From assembly GCA_945889235.1 (NCBI GenBank), contig CAMDBK010000002.1, positions 245 through 64,244 on the forward strand: a stretch of 64,000 nucleotides of DNA. The letters run 5' to 3'. The stretch comes from Chitinophaga pinensis (GTDB lineage: Bacteria; Bacteroidota; Bacteroidia; SXHM01). Of this stretch, positions 7,574-17,282 are shown piece by piece. Position 1 is the stretch's first letter. Each line of letters begins with the position of its first letter. The position numbers and the translations under genes were made by a program. Under the pieces are notes generated by a model. That model was given only the letters and a program-made list of their open reading frames with translations. It ran no database searches and had not been told where the DNA came from.

Positions 7574-8668
7574 ATGCGGATTCTCTTCTACATAGGCCAT
7601 CCGGCACATTATCACAACATCTCCCATGTTGCTCCTATGCTTGAAAAAGAAGGACATCAGATTTTGCTCGCTGCCCGAAATAAAGATGTAGTTCTCGACC
7701 TGTTGGAAAATGTGCGACTTAAAAAAGTAATCGTTGCACACACTGAGGGTGGTGAAGGAAAAATCTCAAAGGCATGGGCAATATTCAAACGTGAGTTCGC
7801 CATGCTAAAAGTAATTCTGTCTTTCCGCCCCCAACTCATGGCAGGAACAGATATAGTAATTACCCACCTCGGAAAACTGTTTGGCATACCTTCCGTAATT
7901 ATTAATGAAGACGATGCTCCCGAAGTTCCGCTCTTTGCAAAACTCGGAATGAAATACGCCACCTGCATGCTCTCGCCCCTTTCCTGCAATGTTCATCCAT
8001 ACGAAAATAAAAACATCACCTACCCCGGCTACCAGGAACTTGCCTACCTGCATCCCAATTATTTCAAACCCGATCGCGAAAAAATAAAACAACTGTTCAA
8101 TAACTGCGAACGCTATTTCATCATACGCTTTGCAAAACTCACTGCACATCACGATGCAGGCAAAACAGGAATAACCAAACAACTTGCACATGAGATGATC
8201 AACATTCTTTCTCCTCAGGGCAAGGTTTATATTACATCAGAGCGTGAGCTTGAACCTGAGTTTGAACAGTACCGCATAAAAATTCATCCGTGCGATATGC
8301 ACCATGCCATGTATTTTGCCGATTTATATATTGGCGATAGTCAAACCATGGCTGCTGAAGCAGCTGTGCTTGGTACACCTTCTATCCGTTTCAATGATTT
8401 TGTTGGCAGGTTAGGATATTTAGAAGAACTGGAACATAAATACGGGCTCACGTTTGGAATAAAAACCAATGAACCCGAAAAGTTACTCGGGAAAGTAAAA
8501 GAATTAAGTTTGCTCACCGGATTAAAAAATGAATGGCAGAAACGAAAACAATTTATGCTTGAAAATTCTGTTGATGTTGCCCGATTATGGGTATGGTTTT
8601 TTGCAAACTATCCGCAAAGTGCAAACGATTTAAAATCAAATCCCGAAAAAATTCAGCAGTTCATATGA
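7574..8668 (+). CDS. DUF354 family protein (GT-B/epimerase-like)
   Basis: The N-terminus MRILFYIGHPAHYHNISHVAPMLEKEGHQILLAARNKD matches the DUF354 pattern (MKIw.di.h.ahvhff..ii..L...GHev.itaR). Its stop overlaps the wecB ATG (ATGA). Confidence 0.75.
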   Translation: MRILFYIGHPAHYHNISHVAPMLEKEGHQILLAARNKDVVLDLLENVRLKKVIVAHTEGGEGKISKAWAIFKREFAMLKVILSFRPQLMAGTDIVITHLGKLFGIPSVIINEDDAPEVPLFAKLGMKYATCMLSPLSCNVHPYENKNITYPGYQELAYLHPNYFKPDREKIKQLFNNCERYFIIRFAKLTAHHDAGKTGITKQLAHEMINILSPQGKVYITSERELEPEFEQYRIKIHPCDMHHAMYFADLYIGDSQTMAAEAAVLGTPSIRFNDFVGRLGYLEELEHKYGLTFGIKTNEPEKLLGKVKELSLLTGLKNEWQKRKQFMLENSVDVARLWVWFFANYPQSANDLKSNPEKIQQFI

Positions 8669-9825
8669 AGATATTGTCAGTAGTAGGTGCCCGTCCCAAC
8701 TTTATGAAAATTGCTCCTTTTATTAGGGCAATTGATGAACACAACAACACCGCTCAGCAAAAAGTGGAACACAAACTTGTGCACACCGGGCAGCACTATG
8801 ACCAGCGCATGTCACACACCTTTTTTCACGAACTCGGAATTCCTGAGCCCGATATAAATCTTGAAATCGGTTCGGGTTCTCATGCTGAACAAGTTGGACA
8901 AACAATGATTGAATTTGAAAAAGTTCTGCTGAGTGAAAAACCTGATTGGGTGGTGGTGGTGGGTGATGTTAATGCTACACTTGCCTGTTCCGTTACTGCA
9001 AAAAAACTCTGCATCAAATGCTGCCATATTGAAGCCGGTCTGCGCTCGGGTGATACTAACATGCCCGAAGAAATAAATCGCCTTGTTACCGACCGCATTT
9101 CTGATTTGCTCCTTACACCCGACCGCATTTCATCTGAAAACCTGCGCAAAGAAGGAACACCGGAAAGTAAGATTGTTTTTGTTGGAAACATTATGATTGA
9201 TACACTTGAGGATAATCGCGAAAAAGCAAAAGGCCTTGCATTCTCCGAAATACTCAAATCAAATTTGGTTGAAAAACAAACAGCAGAAAAATACGACCGC
9301 ATTTCAAAAATTGAACACTATGGTTTAATAACCATGCACCGCCCATCTAATGTTGATAACAAACAGGTTCTGGAATCAATTATCAATTGGTTTGTAAACG
9401 AAGCAACGCAAAAAATATCCTTGATTTGGGCCATACATCCGCGAACCATAAAACAATTACAATCATTTGGTTTATGGAAAACTTTACTGAGCTGCGATAA
9501 CATGTTATTGCTCTATCCTATCGGTTATCTTGATATGCTTAAACTGAATATGGGCGCAAAAATAATGCTTACCGACAGCGGAGGATTGCAGGAAGAATGT
9601 TGCGTACTTGGCACTCCATTCCTTACCCTGCGCTGGAATACGGAACGTCCTGTAACATTGCTTGAATATGGAGGTGCCGGTTACCTGGTTGGAAATAACA
9701 TTGAAAATATCAGAAGAGATTTCAATAAAATACTGAACGAAAAACGCAGCCCGAAAACGCCTGAACTCTGGGACGGGAAAAGTGCGCACAGATGCTTACA
9801 GGCCATTCTCTCCGGCAGCCAATAA
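8665..9825 (+). CDS. wecB: UDP-N-acetylglucosamine 2-epimerase (non-hydrolysing)
   Basis: MKILSVVGARPNFMKIAPF...HTGQHYD...GSGSHAEQ...VVGDVNATLA...EAGLRS are canonical WecB motifs. I chose the start at 8665 (ATGA overlap), not the track start at 8587. Confidence 0.9.
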   Translation: MKILSVVGARPNFMKIAPFIRAIDEHNNTAQQKVEHKLVHTGQHYDQRMSHTFFHELGIPEPDINLEIGSGSHAEQVGQTMIEFEKVLLSEKPDWVVVVGDVNATLACSVTAKKLCIKCCHIEAGLRSGDTNMPEEINRLVTDRISDLLLTPDRISSENLRKEGTPESKIVFVGNIMIDTLEDNREKAKGLAFSEILKSNLVEKQTAEKYDRISKIEHYGLITMHRPSNVDNKQVLESIINWFVNEATQKISLIWAIHPRTIKQLQSFGLWKTLLSCDNMLLLYPIGYLDMLKLNMGAKIMLTDSGGLQEECCVLGTPFLTLRWNTERPVTLLEYGGAGYLVGNNIENIRRDFNKILNEKRSPKTPELWDGKSAHRCLQAILSGSQ

Positions 9826-9844
9826 TTTCACCTATTTTTAAACC

Positions 9845-11545
9845 GTGAAAAAACTACAGAAACCTTTATTTCTAATTTCATTCTTTATTCTTCATTCTTC
9901 ATTCTTCGTTTTTTCTCAAACGGTCTACGAACATATTTCTTCTTCAGGCATTTATTCTTTTCTGGATGAAATGGCAAACGAGAAACTGATTACACTTAAC
10001 ACAGCTGTAAAACCATACTCAAGAAAATTAATTGCAGAAAAATTAGAAACTCTTTTACAAAAGCAGGAGCAACTAAACAAGAGGCAAAGAGCAGATTTAA
10101 AATTCTTTTTGCGTGAGTATTATATTGAGATTGAAAACGATTCGACTTTATCACAACCATTAAAGCCATTCAGACAAAAACAAGGACACACTCTTAGTCT
10201 GTTACCTCCTGTTTATGCTTATAAAAGCAATCCTTTCAGTATCAACTTCCGCCCCATTGGCGGTGGTGCCGGATACGCTAACTCAAATAACAAAATTTAC
10301 AACAGCTACTTTGGTGGCAGCCTCTTTATGTATGGCTGGAAAAACCTGGGCATCTACGCCAATTACCGAGATGCATATCAGGCAAAAGAAGTGCTTGCTT
10401 TGCCAACCTACCTCACCCAAACAATGGGAGCAAACTATAAGCTCGGCAATGGTAACAGATCAGGAGGTGATTATTCGGAAATGCGTGGAGGAATTACCGG
10501 AACCTATAAATGGTTTTCACTCGAACTCATCAAAGACCACATTCAGTGGGGAAACAATTACAACGGCTCAAATATCTTCAGCGGACGCACACCTTCTTTT
10601 GCTATGATTAAAATGCGCGCCAAACCAACCAAATGGTTTGAGTTAAATTATTTTCATGGTTGGCTCAACTCCGAAGTTCTTGATTCTGCCCGCACTTATA
10701 ACCCCGGCACAGGGTCGGTAAGAAAAGTTTACAGGGATAAATATATTGCAGCCAATTTCATCACCATTGGCCCCTTAAAAGGCGTAGCACTCTCTTTCGG
10801 CAATTCTATTATTTACAGCGATATGAATGTACAACCTGCTTATTTTATTCCTTTCCTTTTTTACAAATCAGTTGATCATACCATTAATCATGGCGCTGAT
10901 AACCAAAACTCACAAATCTTCTTCGACCTCAGCATCCGAATCGTAAAACATCTTCATGTTTACAGTTCCCTTTACATTGATGAGTTTTCAATTACCAGGA
11001 TAAAAGATAAAGACAGGCGCAATTTTTATAGTATTAAAGCAGGATTCAAGGTCAATAATTTTCCTTTTAATAATGTTTCTTATTTCTTTGAGTTTACTGA
11101 ATCTACTCCGCTAACCTACACTCATCGTGTGCCTTCGCTTACTTATGCCTCCAACAAATTCAATATGGGGCATTATTTAGGTGATAATGCACGTGAATAC
11201 GCAGCTGGAATAAGTTATAAGCCTTTAAGAGGATTATTTTTCACCGCATCCTATTCACTTGCCATGAAAGGAAAAGAAAACCCTTACGCCTTCATTCCGG
11301 GCGGTACACCAGTTGACATGTACCCCTTCCTTGACACTATCGTTTGGAGCAGTCAGCAAATTTCGCTCAATGCAAGCTGGGAGTTCGCTTACAATTGCAG
11401 AATTGATTTAGGCTACATTTATAACAACATATCCGCAAAAAATGCAGACAACAAAACTGCCGATTATTATCTTGAACGGTTTTCTCCCGCATTTTTCAAC
11501 GGAAGAACCAATACCATTAGACTCGGTCTCCATTTCGGGTTTTAA
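9845..11545 (+). CDS. Outer-membrane beta-barrel protein, capsule-assembly Wzi-like
   Basis: Signal peptide MKKLQKPLFLISFFILHSSFFVFSQ (GTG start). The N-terminal helical segment (YSFLDEMANEKLITLNTAVKPYSRKLIAEKL) is typical of Wzi. The C-terminus ends in aromatic beta-strands (LGLHFGF). Confidence 0.6.
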   Translation: MKKLQKPLFLISFFILHSSFFVFSQTVYEHISSSGIYSFLDEMANEKLITLNTAVKPYSRKLIAEKLETLLQKQEQLNKRQRADLKFFLREYYIEIENDSTLSQPLKPFRQKQGHTLSLLPPVYAYKSNPFSINFRPIGGGAGYANSNNKIYNSYFGGSLFMYGWKNLGIYANYRDAYQAKEVLALPTYLTQTMGANYKLGNGNRSGGDYSEMRGGITGTYKWFSLELIKDHIQWGNNYNGSNIFSGRTPSFAMIKMRAKPTKWFELNYFHGWLNSEVLDSARTYNPGTGSVRKVYRDKYIAANFITIGPLKGVALSFGNSIIYSDMNVQPAYFIPFLFYKSVDHTINHGADNQNSQIFFDLSIRIVKHLHVYSSLYIDEFSITRIKDKDRRNFYSIKAGFKVNNFPFNNVSYFFEFTESTPLTYTHRVPSLTYASNKFNMGHYLGDNAREYAAGISYKPLRGLFFTASYSLAMKGKENPYAFIPGGTPVDMYPFLDTIVWSSQQISLNASWEFAYNCRIDLGYIYNNISAKNADNKTADYYLERFSPAFFNGRTNTIRLGLHFGF

Positions 11546-11621
11546 TAGACAGTTTTACTCTGTTAATAACCCCGGTTAATAAAATGGACGAATTAATACA
11601 ATTTTAATATTTAAAAATATA

Positions 11622-11629
11622 TACTTTTG
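11622..11629 (+). promoter_or_regulatory. Candidate -7 box (TACTTTTG)
   Basis: Matches TAnnTTTG and ends 14 nt upstream of the ATG at 11643. Confidence 0.45.
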
Positions 11630-11642
11630 CCCGACAAAATAA

Positions 11643-12704
11643 ATGTTAGCAGAAGCAATATATCTCCAGAGAGAACAACTTATTAAAGATGAGTTTGGTG
11701 ATGATGTATTTAACCTTATTGGAAATTATTCAGACTTAAACAGTAAACACACAGCTGTTCAACAGACGCATTCACGTTTTGAGGTAAAATCGCTTGAAGA
11801 AGAATATTACGACACGTATATCAACCTTGAGCGAATAAATGATATTCAACACATCAATAAATTTTTTGAAACAGTAAATGAAAAGCTTCCATTGGATGGA
11901 ATTTTTATCGGTTGTGTTGAAACAAGCAGATTACGAAAAGCAAGAATTCTGAAAAAATATCCTCGCGGGATCAGTGACGTATATTATTTTTTCGACTATT
12001 TGTTAAAAAGAGTTTTTCCGAAAATTTCGTTTACCAAAAAACTGTATTTCTTAATTACAGCTGGTCGTAATCGCGTGATGTCAAGGTCCGAAATTATTGG
12101 CCGCCTATACTCATGCGGGTTTGAAATGCTTCTTGAAAAAACAATCGGAAGCAATCTTTATTTTTTCGTGAAAAAAAATAGCAAGCCAACATATGATTCA
12201 AATGCTTCATACGGCCCGCTTTTTAAAATGAAAAGAATTGGGAAAGATGGCAAACAGATTTTTGTATACAAGTTGAGAACCATGTCGGCCTATGCTGAAT
12301 ATGCGCAGGAATATGTTTACCAGAAAAACAAACTGGCAGACGGTGGAAAAATAAAAGACGATTTCCGTATTACCACGCTTGGAAAATTTTTGCGCAAATT
12401 CTGGCTGGATGAATTACCTATGATTTACAACCTGTTTAAAGGTGATTTAAAATTAGTAGGAGTAAGACCGCTAAGCCAACACTATCTGAGCCTCTATACC
12501 TTAGATATAAGGGCAAGACGTTTAAAATACACACCCGGATTAGTTCCCCCTTTTTATGCCGATATGCCTAAAACATTTGAACAAATTCTGGAATCTGAAC
12601 GCAATTATTTTGATGCCTACGATAAGTCTCCTTTGCTTACCGACATAAAATATTTCTTCAAAGCATTTTATAACATCATTTTCAAAAGAGCACGCAGCAA
12701 ATAA
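11643..12704 (+). CDS. Bacterial sugar transferase (phosphoglycosyl transferase catalytic core) with atypical soluble N-domain
   Basis: GPLFKMKRIGKDGKQIFVYKLRTM and LDELPMIYNLFKGDLKLVGVRP match PglC/WbaP-type core motifs, including the D-E dyad. The 185 aa preceding the core are not hydrophobic. Confidence 0.8.
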   Translation: MLAEAIYLQREQLIKDEFGDDVFNLIGNYSDLNSKHTAVQQTHSRFEVKSLEEEYYDTYINLERINDIQHINKFFETVNEKLPLDGIFIGCVETSRLRKARILKKYPRGISDVYYFFDYLLKRVFPKISFTKKLYFLITAGRNRVMSRSEIIGRLYSCGFEMLLEKTIGSNLYFFVKKNSKPTYDSNASYGPLFKMKRIGKDGKQIFVYKLRTMSAYAEYAQEYVYQKNKLADGGKIKDDFRITTLGKFLRKFWLDELPMIYNLFKGDLKLVGVRPLSQHYLSLYTLDIRARRLKYTPGLVPPFYADMPKTFEQILESERNYFDAYDKSPLLTDIKYFFKAFYNIIFKRARSK

Positions 12705-12748
12705 ACCTTGCGCATTTCTGCAATAAGGTTTTTCTACCTTTACGCGGG

Positions 12749-14332
12749 ATGAAAAAATTTCTTATACTTTTTTTGTTTTGTTTCCCTGTTATTGGGTTTG
12801 CGCAGCAAACCAATATTCCGCATAACCATGCTAACTACTATGGTTTTGAAGGCGAGCTGAACAAACCCGGAGTTGATTTCCATACTTCAATTCGCCCGTT
12901 TATGGAAGGCGAAGTGCGTGCTGTTACAAACTACGATTCTCTTTCACGTTTTGGTTATACCAACAAAAAATTTGCGAATAGTATGGTTGGAAAAAAATTG
13001 TTGAAGCAATATTTTTTTCAAACAAAAGGCGAAGATTATTTTCTTGAACTGAGCCCGCTTTTTGATTTACAATACGGTAAAGATTTTTCTAACGACAGTT
13101 CACTTTCTGTCAATACACGCGGTGTTCAGGTCAGCGGAAGCATCGGAAAAAAACTTTCGTTCTATTCTTCGTTTTATGAGAATCAGGCAAAGTTTCCGGA
13201 TTATATAAGCGACTATGCAAAAGAAAAACAAATTGTTCCCGGTCAGGGAAGAATAAAAGCGTTCAAAGGCTCAGGCTTTGACTTTTCGCAAGCCTTCGGA
13301 TATATTTCTTACACTCCGGTAAAACAGTTTAATGTTCAGCTCGGACATGGAAAAAATTTTATCGGGGATGGCTATCGCTCTCTTTTGTTATCTGATTTTG
13401 CTTACAGCTATCCTTTCCTGAAACTAACAACTACCTTTTGGAAAATCAGGTATGTTAATCTTTTTACAGCTTTTCAAAGTAACGTAACGCTCAATGATAA
13501 TCTTGCAAGTTACCCGCGGAAATACGGAAGTTTTCAATACTTCGATATTACAATCCTGAAAAGAATTCAGTTGGGTTTGTTTGAAGGAATTATCTGGCAG
13601 GCAAATGATATCCACCTCAATTATCTTAATCCTTTGATTTTTTATCGCCCCATTGCATCTTCATTGAATGCAACAAACAATGCTGTTATAGGAGCAAACC
13701 TGAAAATTAAAATTTTAAAACAAACACAGGTTTACGGACAGTTTGTTCTTGACGATATTGATTTTAAAAAAATAAAAGAAGGAAAAGGATATTTCAGCCA
13801 GAAATATGGTTACCAGATTGGAGTAAAAAGTTTCAATGTATTTGGCGTAAAAAATTTGTATGTGCAGGCAGAATACAATCAGGTGCGTCCATATGTTTAC
13901 AGTCATAACAAACCGTTACAAAGTTACTCGCATTACAACGAACCGCTGGCTCATCCGCTTGGAGCAAATTTCAGAGAAGCCATCGGAATCATTGGCTACC
14001 GCTGGAAAGATTTATCGGCAGAATTGAAATTTAATTACGCTGTCTATGGTGCAGATACCGCCATGTATAGCTACGGAAAAAACATTTTTACTTCTGATTA
14101 CAACGCAGTAAACGGAATTTATTCTTTTGGTAATTCCATTGGACAGGGAGTTAAAACCACATTGATTTATGCACAGTTTCGGTTGTCGTATCTCATCAAC
14201 CCAAAAACAAACTGGAATATTTTTATTGAATATACAAACAGAAAACAATCAACAGAATATGGCGAACATACCAACAGTATTTTCAACATAGGAATGCGAA
14301 CAAGTTTAAGAAATCTGTACTATGATTTTTAA
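12749..14332 (+). CDS. Outer-membrane beta-barrel protein (Wzi-like), paralog 1
   Basis: Signal peptide MKKFLILFLFCFPVIGFAQQ and a C-terminal aromatic end (NLYYDF). Colinear similarity to the next ORF (GYISYTP.K.FNVQ.GH.K.FIGDGYR.LLL...WKI.Y.NL). Confidence 0.6.
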   Translation: MKKFLILFLFCFPVIGFAQQTNIPHNHANYYGFEGELNKPGVDFHTSIRPFMEGEVRAVTNYDSLSRFGYTNKKFANSMVGKKLLKQYFFQTKGEDYFLELSPLFDLQYGKDFSNDSSLSVNTRGVQVSGSIGKKLSFYSSFYENQAKFPDYISDYAKEKQIVPGQGRIKAFKGSGFDFSQAFGYISYTPVKQFNVQLGHGKNFIGDGYRSLLLSDFAYSYPFLKLTTTFWKIRYVNLFTAFQSNVTLNDNLASYPRKYGSFQYFDITILKRIQLGLFEGIIWQANDIHLNYLNPLIFYRPIASSLNATNNAVIGANLKIKILKQTQVYGQFVLDDIDFKKIKEGKGYFSQKYGYQIGVKSFNVFGVKNLYVQAEYNQVRPYVYSHNKPLQSYSHYNEPLAHPLGANFREAIGIIGYRWKDLSAELKFNYAVYGADTAMYSYGKNIFTSDYNAVNGIYSFGNSIGQGVKTTLIYAQFRLSYLINPKTNWNIFIEYTNRKQSTEYGEHTNSIFNIGMRTSLRNLYYDF

Positions 14333-15929
14333 AATCCGGATTCCTCTTTTAATAAAACTTTGTGCTTTTGTGTCTTTGTGGCAAGTCCTTTCTGTTTCTG
14401 CACAGGAGTTAAACATCAATACCGATTTACAGACTCAAACCATTTATGATAATGTTGTTTACAACAAAAACACCAATGCACATTCTTCCATAAAACCTTT
14501 TCGGTATACAGATTTCAATGAAGAGTTAATGGATTCTATAAAGCAATCGTTGAACAAAAATAAACTGTTTAACAAGAACAGATTTCTTACCACACACGCA
14601 GTCCAGCTTGCCACACCAAAATCATTAATTTTCCTGGACCCGCTTTTTAATTATACTCATTACAGTAAACTGAAAGCTAAAATGCCCGGCTACGAAGCTT
14701 CACTTGGTGCTCGTTTAGGTTTCAGCATTTTCAAAAAAATCGGTGGTGAAATAAATGTGTTGTTTTCCAATTCAAAGTTTCCGGATTACATCAACGAAAA
14801 AATTCTTCAGACCAATGTGGTGCCCGGTCAGGGTTACGCCTTTGCCATGAGTAATGGCGGCTACCGCTATTTCACAGGCTCGGGTTATATTTCCTACACT
14901 CCTTCCAAACATTTCAATGTTCAGGTTGGTCACGATAAACAATTTATTGGTGATGGTTACCGTACGTTGTTATTAGGCAATACCGCCAACAATTATGATT
15001 TTGTAAAAATCACTACAACTGTCTGGAAAATCAAATACATAAATCTCTACACCAAGTTTCGTGAAGTAGGAAATTCACTGGGCGACCGCACAAAATACCA
15101 TGCAAAGTTCGGCACGTTCCACTACCTCGATATTCCTTTGCTGAAAAGGGTTTCAATCGGTTTGTTTGAAAGTGTAATCTGGAACAGCCGCGATTCAGTT
15201 ACCGACCGCGGCTTTGATGTCAGCTATCTCAATCCCATTATTTTTTTCCGCCCGGTTGAGTTCTCTATCGGTTCACCGGACAATGTGTTGTTAGGTTTCA
15301 ATATTAAAATCCGCCACTTCGGTCAGAATTTTCTTTATGGTCAATTATTACTGGATGAATTTCTGCTCTCTGAAGTTAAGGCAGGCAATGGCTGGTGGGG
15401 AAATAAACAAGGTATTCAGGTGGGAATGAAAGGCTTTGATTTGTTTGGTGTAAAAAATCTTTATTACCAGGGCGAGTTTAATTTTGTGCGTCCTTACACT
15501 TACACGCACGTAACGCTTGAAACCAATTACGGACATTTCAACGAGCCTCTTGCACATCCGCGTGGCGCTAATTTTATGGAAGGTCTGGGAATTATTCGTT
15601 ACCGGTTCAACAAATTTTATGTTGAAGGAAAAATGACTTATTGCGTTTACGGAACCGATGATTCACCCGGCATCAGCTATGGTGGTGATGTTTATAAATC
15701 ATATCTGTTGCGCCCTTCGGAGTATGGTCATAAAACATTGCAGGGTGTTAGAAACACCTTACTTTACACCGAACTAAAAATGTCTTACCTCTTAAACCCG
15801 GCAATGAATTTAAGACTGGAAGGCGGAGTAACCATAAGAAAACACAGCCTTGCCGGAGTGCCTGATAATGGCGTTTATGTTTTTGTTGGAATCAGAACTT
15901 CGCTGATGAATAATTATTATGATTACTGA
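14322..15929 (+). CDS. Outer-membrane beta-barrel protein (Wzi-like), paralog 2
   Basis: 535 aa with a signal peptide. It overlaps the previous CDS by 11 nt. The motif order matches paralog 1 and it ends in NNYYDY. Confidence 0.6.
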   Translation: MIFKIRIPLLIKLCAFVSLWQVLSVSAQELNINTDLQTQTIYDNVVYNKNTNAHSSIKPFRYTDFNEELMDSIKQSLNKNKLFNKNRFLTTHAVQLATPKSLIFLDPLFNYTHYSKLKAKMPGYEASLGARLGFSIFKKIGGEINVLFSNSKFPDYINEKILQTNVVPGQGYAFAMSNGGYRYFTGSGYISYTPSKHFNVQVGHDKQFIGDGYRTLLLGNTANNYDFVKITTTVWKIKYINLYTKFREVGNSLGDRTKYHAKFGTFHYLDIPLLKRVSIGLFESVIWNSRDSVTDRGFDVSYLNPIIFFRPVEFSIGSPDNVLLGFNIKIRHFGQNFLYGQLLLDEFLLSEVKAGNGWWGNKQGIQVGMKGFDLFGVKNLYYQGEFNFVRPYTYTHVTLETNYGHFNEPLAHPRGANFMEGLGIIRYRFNKFYVEGKMTYCVYGTDDSPGISYGGDVYKSYLLRPSEYGHKTLQGVRNTLLYTELKMSYLLNPAMNLRLEGGVTIRKHSLAGVPDNGVYVFVGIRTSLMNNYYDY

Positions 15930-15971
15930 TAGAATTCTTTTTCCAACTTTGCAACGCTAAAAAATAAATCA

Positions 15972-17282
15972 TTGAAACAATCCTTTAATATCCTTTTGCT
16001 CGGTTCCGGTGGCCGTGAACATGCCTTTGCCTGGAAAATAAGTCAGAGCAAACACCTCGGTAAATTGTACATCGCACCCGGAAATGCAGGCACCCCTGCA
16101 TATGGCACCAATGTAAATATAGACCCGCTTGATTTTGAAGCGGTAAAAGTTTTTGTGCGCGAAAATGGAATCCATATGGTGGTGGTAGGTCCGGAGGCTC
16201 CTTTGGTAGCTGGTATACATGATTTTTTTCTTAATGATTCGGTGCTGAAATATATTCCCGTAATTGGTCCGCAAAAAGAAGGAGCGCAATTAGAAGGCAG
16301 CAAAGATTTTTCAAAAGCATTTATGCTGCGGCATAATATTCCAACGGCTGCCTACAGCAGTTTTACTGCCGAAACATTAAGTGAAGGATTAGCATTTATA
16401 GAAACATTGGATGCTCCATACGTTTTAAAAGCGGATGGTCTGGCTGCCGGAAAAGGCGTTATCATCAGTGAAGATGAGGTGGAAGCAAAACTGGAGTTGA
16501 CCGAAATGTTGATGGAAGAAAAGTTTGGTGAAGCAAGTCGCAAAGTAGTAATTGAAGAATTTTTGCACGGCATTGAGCTTTCTGTTTTTGTGCTTACTGA
16601 TGGAGTGAATTATAAAATTCTTCCTGCCGCAAAAGATTACAAAAGAGTAGGAGAGGGTGATACCGGCCTTAATACAGGCGGCATGGGAGCAATTTCACCC
16701 GTTCCTTTTGCAACAGATGAGTTTCTGAAAAAAGTGGAAGAGCGCGTTGTAATTCCAACTGTTAATGGTTTGAAAAAAGATAACATTCCTTACACCGGTT
16801 TTATTTTCATCGGCCTGATGAATGTGGATGGTGAACCTTTTGTTATTGAATACAACTGCCGCATGGGCGACCCCGAAACCGAAGTAGTTATTCCGCGCAT
16901 AAAAACCGATTTACTTGAGTTGTTTGAAGGGGTTGCTAATCAAACCCTGGATGAAGTTAATTTAGAAATTGAAAATAATACTGCCGTTACAGTAATGATG
17001 GTAGCAGATGGTTATCCCGGCAATTACGAGAAAGGAAAAGTAATTACCGGCTTGGATGAAGTGGAAGACAGCCTTGTTTTTCATGCCGGAACCAAACTTC
17101 TAAACGGACAAGCTGTTACAAATGGAGGAAGAGTATTGGCTGTAACTTCAGTTGGCGCAAGCATGAACAATGCGCTGGGCAAGTCATACCGCAACATCAG
17201 GCAAATAGAATATGATGGAAAATATTACCGCAAGGACATAGGCTTCGACCTGCGGGAAGATGTGATAGAAGAACGGGAATAA
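15972..17282 (+). CDS. purD: Phosphoribosylamine-glycine ligase
   Basis: ILLLGSGGREHAFAWKI, ATP-grasp motifs and the C-terminal GGRVLAVT are present over the full length. The start appears to be TTG. Confidence 0.95.
   Translation: MKQSFNILLLGSGGREHAFAWKISQSKHLGKLYIAPGNAGTPAYGTNVNIDPLDFEAVKVFVRENGIHMVVVGPEAPLVAGIHDFFLNDSVLKYIPVIGPQKEGAQLEGSKDFSKAFMLRHNIPTAAYSSFTAETLSEGLAFIETLDAPYVLKADGLAAGKGVIISEDEVEAKLELTEMLMEEKFGEASRKVVIEEFLHGIELSVFVLTDGVNYKILPAAKDYKRVGEGDTGLNTGGMGAISPVPFATDEFLKKVEERVVIPTVNGLKKDNIPYTGFIFIGLMNVDGEPFVIEYNCRMGDPETEVVIPRIKTDLLELFEGVANQTLDEVNLEIENNTAVTVMMVADGYPGNYEKGKVITGLDEVEDSLVFHAGTKLLNGQAVTNGGRVLAVTSVGASMNNALGKSYRNIRQIEYDGKYYRKDIGFDLREDVIEERE

Noticed and set aside
8587-8664. 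Track start for wecB at 8587 (MGMVFCKLSAKCKRF...)
   Set aside because: The extension lies inside the DUF354 CDS in another frame. The canonical WecB N-terminus MKILSVVGARPNF begins at 8665 with an ATGA stop/start overlap.
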